Origin: Gammaproteobacteria bacterium | Lineage (GTDB): Bacteria > Pseudomonadota > Gammaproteobacteria > Magnimaribacterales > Magnimaribacteraceae | DNA length: 64,000 nt | Reading direction: 5' to 3' | Assembly: GCA_045563495.1 (NCBI GenBank) | Contig: JBJLJA010000003.1 | Span: 1,000,143-1,064,142, forward strand | Part shown: piece by piece, positions 60,602 through 64,000 of the stretch | How positions within the stretch are numbered: the first letter of the stretch is position 1 | Layout of the letters: every line of letters begins with the position of its first letter | Notes under the pieces: generated by a model | The model's input: only the letters and a program-made list of their open reading frames with translations | Told to the model about the DNA's origin: nothing | Database searches by the model: none | Position numbers and translations under genes: made by a program

Positions 60602-60824
60602 GTTTGTTTCCTCCAGGAACATTGTCTATACCACTTCCACCCCAAGGGTTACATTTGATGATTCTTTTCAAGCTTAAAACAGTCCCTTTAATAGGCCCAT
60701 GAAGAGCCAATGCCTCCACCGCATACTGCGAACATGTTGGATAAAATCTGCAATTTTGTCCCAGCAAGGGACTCAGAAATTTCTGATAAAGCTTTATTGT
60801 TTTTATTAATACTTTACTTATCAT
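60588..60824 (-). CDS. yidD: Membrane protein insertion efficiency factor YidD
   Basis: 78 aa. [23 protein letters not shown]...[15 protein letters not shown]. Confidence 0.9.
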   Translation of the reverse strand: MISKVLIKTIKLYQKFLSPLLGQNCRFYPTCSQYAVEALALHGPIKGTVLSLKRIIKCNPWGGSGIDNVPGGNKHGCD

Positions 60825-60825
60825 T

Positions 60826-61155
60826 TTACGTACTAAACTTAATCCAAATTTTTTCTAAATCTTCTTTTAATTCTTTTTCTTTTTCTTTCAGGTCTCTTTT
60901 AACAAAGACAACAAAATCTTTATTTGGCAATTCTAAAACCTTTGAACGAAAACTTCCTTTAATTTTTCGTTTTATATTATTTCTATCTACTGCGAGCTTG
61001 GTGTCTTTTTTTCTGATAGCCACACCTATTCTTGAAAATCCTAGATCATTAGACTTACTAAGTATTAGTATATTTTTGGTTGAAAACTTTCTATCAGGCG
61101 TAGAAAAAATTTCTTTAAAGCCTTCTTTGGAAGGTATGGAGCGCTTATGGCCCAT
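60826..61155 (-). CDS. rnpA: RNase P protein component
   Basis: 109 aa, basic. ...[17 protein letters not shown].. RNR-like motif. Position between rpmH and yidD. Confidence 0.9.
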   Translation of the reverse strand: MGHKRSIPSKEGFKEIFSTPDRKFSTKNILILSKSNDLGFSRIGVAIRKKDTKLAVDRNNIKRKIKGSFRSKVLELPNKDFVVFVKRDLKEKEKELKEDLEKIWIKFST

Positions 61156-61156
61156 C

Positions 61157-61291
61157 CTAGACCGTAAGAGAGAGCCTCCCCTTTTTCCTTCTGTTGCTTA
61201 GAACCTTTCTGCCGCCAAGAGTTGCGTTTCTTGAACGAAAACCGTGAGTTCTTGCTCTTTTTATCTTGCTGGGTTGATAGGTTCTTTTCAT
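61157..61291 (-). CDS. rpmH: 50S ribosomal protein L34
   Basis: Not in the track (44 aa). My translation is [44 protein letters not shown], the canonical L34 sequence. Confidence 0.95.
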   Translation of the reverse strand: MKRTYQPSKIKRARTHGFRSRNATLGGRKVLSNRRKKGRLSLTV

Positions 61292-61377
61292 AGTGCTTAA
61301 AAGGTTACTGGGTTGCGCATAATAGAGTTTTTAAGAGTTTAAGACAAGTAAAAAGATTAACACAATATATCAACAAG

Positions 61378-61415
61378 TTATCCACAATAAAAATATGTGT
61401 TTATACTGTGGATAA
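61378..61415. promoter_or_regulatory. Two perfect DnaA boxes in inverted orientation (TTATCCACA at 61378-61386; TGTGGATAA at 61407-61415)
   Basis: Read directly. They lie 30-67 nt upstream of the preferred dnaA ATG (61445), in the 153-nt AT-rich rpmH/dnaA gap. This is the dnaA autoregulatory region and/or part of oriC. Confidence 0.8.
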
Positions 61416-61444
61416 CTCTGTTAATTTATATATACTCATTGCAC

Positions 61445-62812
61445 ATGACAGATTTACATTTTTGGGGAGAGTGCAAAAAAACACTAGAAAGGGATTTGCC
61501 GGTTGAAGAGTATTCAACGTGGATTGCCCCTCTAACTTTAGAGCAAAATAACGGCTCAAACCCTCTATCTTATAGTGTTTTGGCACCTAATAAATTCATT
61601 TCTGATTGGGTAGAGGATAACTATGGAACTACAATTAAAGAAAGGCTTTCGGCGATAACGAGCAACAGAGATTTAAACTTAAATTTTGAAATTTTTGTGG
61701 ATTATCAAGATAAAAATTTCTCTGCAAGCTCGGAAGAGAGCGAAACTACCGTGTCTTTGAGTGCCAAGGAAGAAGAAGTTAGAGCACCACAAAAAAACAA
61801 TCTTATAGAAAACTTCACTTTTGAAACTTTTGTAGAGGGCAAGTCAAACCACATTGCCTTGGCAGCTTCAAGACAAATAGGGGATGGCCTGAAGAACTCC
61901 TATAATCCTTTATTTATTTATGGCGGTGTCGGCCTTGGTAAAACCCACCTAATGCATGCAGTTGGTAATGAGATAATAAGAAAAGACCCATCTAAAAAAA
62001 TTGCCTACGTACATTCTGAGAAGTTCGTGAGTGATATGGTCAAATCACTGCAATTGGGTGCAATTAATGAATTTAAACAATATTATAGATCATTGGATGC
62101 TTTGCTTATTGATGATATTCAGTTTTTTGCAAAAAAAGAGCAATCACAAGAAGAGCTTTTTCATACATTTAATTCCTTATTAGAAAAAGGTAGTCAAATG
62201 ATTTTAACTTGCGACAGGTATCCCAAAGAGATAGACGGCTTAGAAGACAGGCTAAAATCAAGGCTGGGTTGGGGTCTGCCGGTTGTCATTGAGCCACCAG
62301 AACTAGAAACAAGGGTAGCTATTTTGCTTACCAAGGCTCAGTCTATGAATCATGAGCTGGAAGAGGAATCTGCTTTCTTTATAGCCCAAAAGGTAAGATC
62401 TAATGTGAGAGAGCTTGAAGGGGCGTTGAAGAGAGTGATGGCAAATTCTAACTTCACAGGCAGGCCCATTTCTGTGGACCTAATAAAAGACTCTTTAAAA
62501 GACTTGCTTGCAATCCAGGCAAGACAAGTTAGTGTTGAGAATATCCAAAAAACAACGGCAGAATATTACAACATTAAAATGAGTGATATTTTGTCTAAAA
62601 GAAGAAGTAGATCTGTGGCCAGGCCACGCCAGATGGCAATGTTTCTTGCTAAAGAGTTAACAAATTATAGCTTACCTGAGATTGGAGAGTCTTTTGGAGG
62701 AAGGGACCATACAACTGTAATACATGCGTGTAAAAAGATAACTGAACTTAGAGCTTTTAATTTAGATCTAGAAGAGGATTATCGGAAGCTTTTAAGGGTT
62801 TTGACTATATAA
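61445..62812 (+). CDS. dnaA: Chromosomal replication initiator protein DnaA
   Basis: 455 aa from ATG 61445 (MTDLHFWGECKKTLERDL...). GGVGLGKTHL, LLIDDIQF, the domain IV DnaA signature and GGRDHTTVIHA. The track start 61397 would place the DnaA boxes inside the ORF. Confidence 0.95.
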   Translation: MTDLHFWGECKKTLERDLPVEEYSTWIAPLTLEQNNGSNPLSYSVLAPNKFISDWVEDNYGTTIKERLSAITSNRDLNLNFEIFVDYQDKNFSASSEESETTVSLSAKEEEVRAPQKNNLIENFTFETFVEGKSNHIALAASRQIGDGLKNSYNPLFIYGGVGLGKTHLMHAVGNEIIRKDPSKKIAYVHSEKFVSDMVKSLQLGAINEFKQYYRSLDALLIDDIQFFAKKEQSQEELFHTFNSLLEKGSQMILTCDRYPKEIDGLEDRLKSRLGWGLPVVIEPPELETRVAILLTKAQSMNHELEEESAFFIAQKVRSNVRELEGALKRVMANSNFTGRPISVDLIKDSLKDLLAIQARQVSVENIQKTTAEYYNIKMSDILSKRRSRSVARPRQMAMFLAKELTNYSLPEIGESFGGRDHTTVIHACKKITELRAFNLDLEEDYRKLLRVLTI

Positions 62813-62819
62813 TGAGAAA

Positions 62820-63920
62820 ATGAAATTTACCACAGAAAAGACGCAAATAGTTGATTCCCTTCAGAACGCAGCGGCCGTAGCAGAACGAAGACAAACTATA
62901 CCAATTTTAGCTAACCTGAGGCTTAAGATTGTAGAGGGGAAACTCGAAGTAACGGCTACAGATTTGGAGATACAAATTAAAACATATTCAGACCTCATAG
63001 AGATACAAGAAGAGGGCGAAACAACAGTTTCAGCTAGAAAGATGTCGGAACTATGCAGGTCTTTGCCAGAAGGAGAGAATGTCAATTTTTCTCTATCAAA
63101 TGGTAAATTAACAGTGAGTGCAAGCAATTTCCATGCTGACTTTGCCACCATTTCATCTGATGACTTCCCAGAAATAGAAATTAATGAAGAACAGACACCA
63201 GTTACTCTCGAATCAGGAATTCTTAAAAGAATTTTGTCTAAAACATCATTCTCAATGGCTTCTCAGGACGTAAGATACTATTTGAACGGTATGCTTTTAG
63301 AGACAGATGGCTCGAGAATCAATGGTGTTGCAACGGACGGGCATAGACTAGCCTTTTCTTCAGCTAAATCTAGTTCTGAAGCGCCTGAGGCTAGAAATAT
63401 TTTACCTAGAAAAGCTGTTTTAGAACTTGCGAAATTACTTTCACCGGGTGAAGAGTCGATCGAAGTATTGATAGGACCGTCATATGTTGATGTAAGGACA
63501 GAGAACCTAAGTTTTTCTAGTAAGCTTATTGATGGTAAGTACCCAGATTATGACAAAGTTTTTCCAACTGGCGAACCGTTGCCTCTTGAAATAAGTAAAG
63601 ACACACTGCAATCTGCTCTATCAAGAGCATCTGTGCTCTCGAATGAAAAATATAGAGGTGTTCGATTTCAATTAAGTGAAAACAAGCTTAAACTTACTGC
63701 AAATAATCCTGAACAAGAATCAGCAGAGGAAGAGCTTGATGTTGTATATAGCGGGTCTGAGCTAGAAGTTGGCTTCAATATAGGATACCTATTAGATGTA
63801 TTAAACTCCATAGAGAGTGATTCTATTAACTTTGAGTTTTATGGAGAAGACTCTAGTTGCATAATAAAAGAAAAGGGTTCTGAAGATGACGTATATGTCA
63901 TCATGCCTATGAGACTCTAA
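62820..63920 (+). CDS. dnaN: DNA polymerase III beta sliding clamp
   Basis: 366 aa. Typical N-terminus (ILANLRL...L.VTATDLE), C-terminal MPMRL. Confidence 0.97.
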   Translation: MKFTTEKTQIVDSLQNAAAVAERRQTIPILANLRLKIVEGKLEVTATDLEIQIKTYSDLIEIQEEGETTVSARKMSELCRSLPEGENVNFSLSNGKLTVSASNFHADFATISSDDFPEIEINEEQTPVTLESGILKRILSKTSFSMASQDVRYYLNGMLLETDGSRINGVATDGHRLAFSSAKSSSEAPEARNILPRKAVLELAKLLSPGEESIEVLIGPSYVDVRTENLSFSSKLIDGKYPDYDKVFPTGEPLPLEISKDTLQSALSRASVLSNEKYRGVRFQLSENKLKLTANNPEQESAEEELDVVYSGSELEVGFNIGYLLDVLNSIESDSINFEFYGEDSSCIIKEKGSEDDVYVIMPMRL

Positions 63921-64000
63921 TGCCTCTAAAGAGGTTGCATTTACATAATTTTAGGCTATTCAAAGAAAAGGATTTCAATATTTCCGAGGGAACAACTCTT
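63920..64000 (+). CDS. recF: DNA replication/repair protein RecF (first 27 codons; continues past the window end)
   Basis: My translation is MPLKRLHLHNFRLFKEKDFNISEGTTL. It has the position and N-terminal pattern of RecF. The ATG overlaps the dnaN TAA (TAATG). Confidence 0.75.
   Translation, partial: MPLKRLHLHNFRLFKEKDFNISEGTTL

Overview
This window looks like the replication-origin-proximal region of a low-GC, tightly packed chromosome. Its backbone synteny is gammaproteobacterial. A streamlined marine lineage is my guess only and cannot be shown from this window.

The right third (43.6-64 kb) is a textbook conserved block: glmS-glmU, atpCDGAHFEB (no atpI), parB-parA, rsmG, mnmG, mnmE, yidC, yidD, rnpA and rpmH, all on the minus strand. 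It is followed by divergent dnaA-dnaN-recF'. Two perfect inverted DnaA boxes lie in the rpmH/dnaA gap.

The left end carries lipB', a lone TRAP solute-binding protein, uvrD and a MazG-like gene. Next comes a compact heme cluster: a Shemin-type 5-aminolevulinate synthase divergent from hemC(-hemD-like fusion)-hemB-hemE-hemF-hemJ.

The middle (10.5-43.4 kb) is an accessory belt of oxygenases, hydrolases, reductases, MFS transporters and small membrane or secreted proteins of unknown function.

I found no rRNA, tRNA, CRISPR, transposase, integrase, phage gene or recognisable defence system. The observations most worth follow-up are:
- The ALAS-led heme cluster in a gamma-type chromosome.
- A visibly GC-richer three-gene oxygenase/hydrolase block immediately downstream of glmS, the classical attTn7 position, with no mobility genes.
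- A Tat-exported carotenoid-cleavage-type dioxygenase operon that includes an extended cytochrome b561 and two carbonyl reductases.
- An inverted pair of paralogous small secreted proteins flanking a third secreted protein, each with its own terminator.
- A module of three small membrane proteins plus a mini-HTH.

All functional calls come from reading motifs in the supplied translations. No database search was run.
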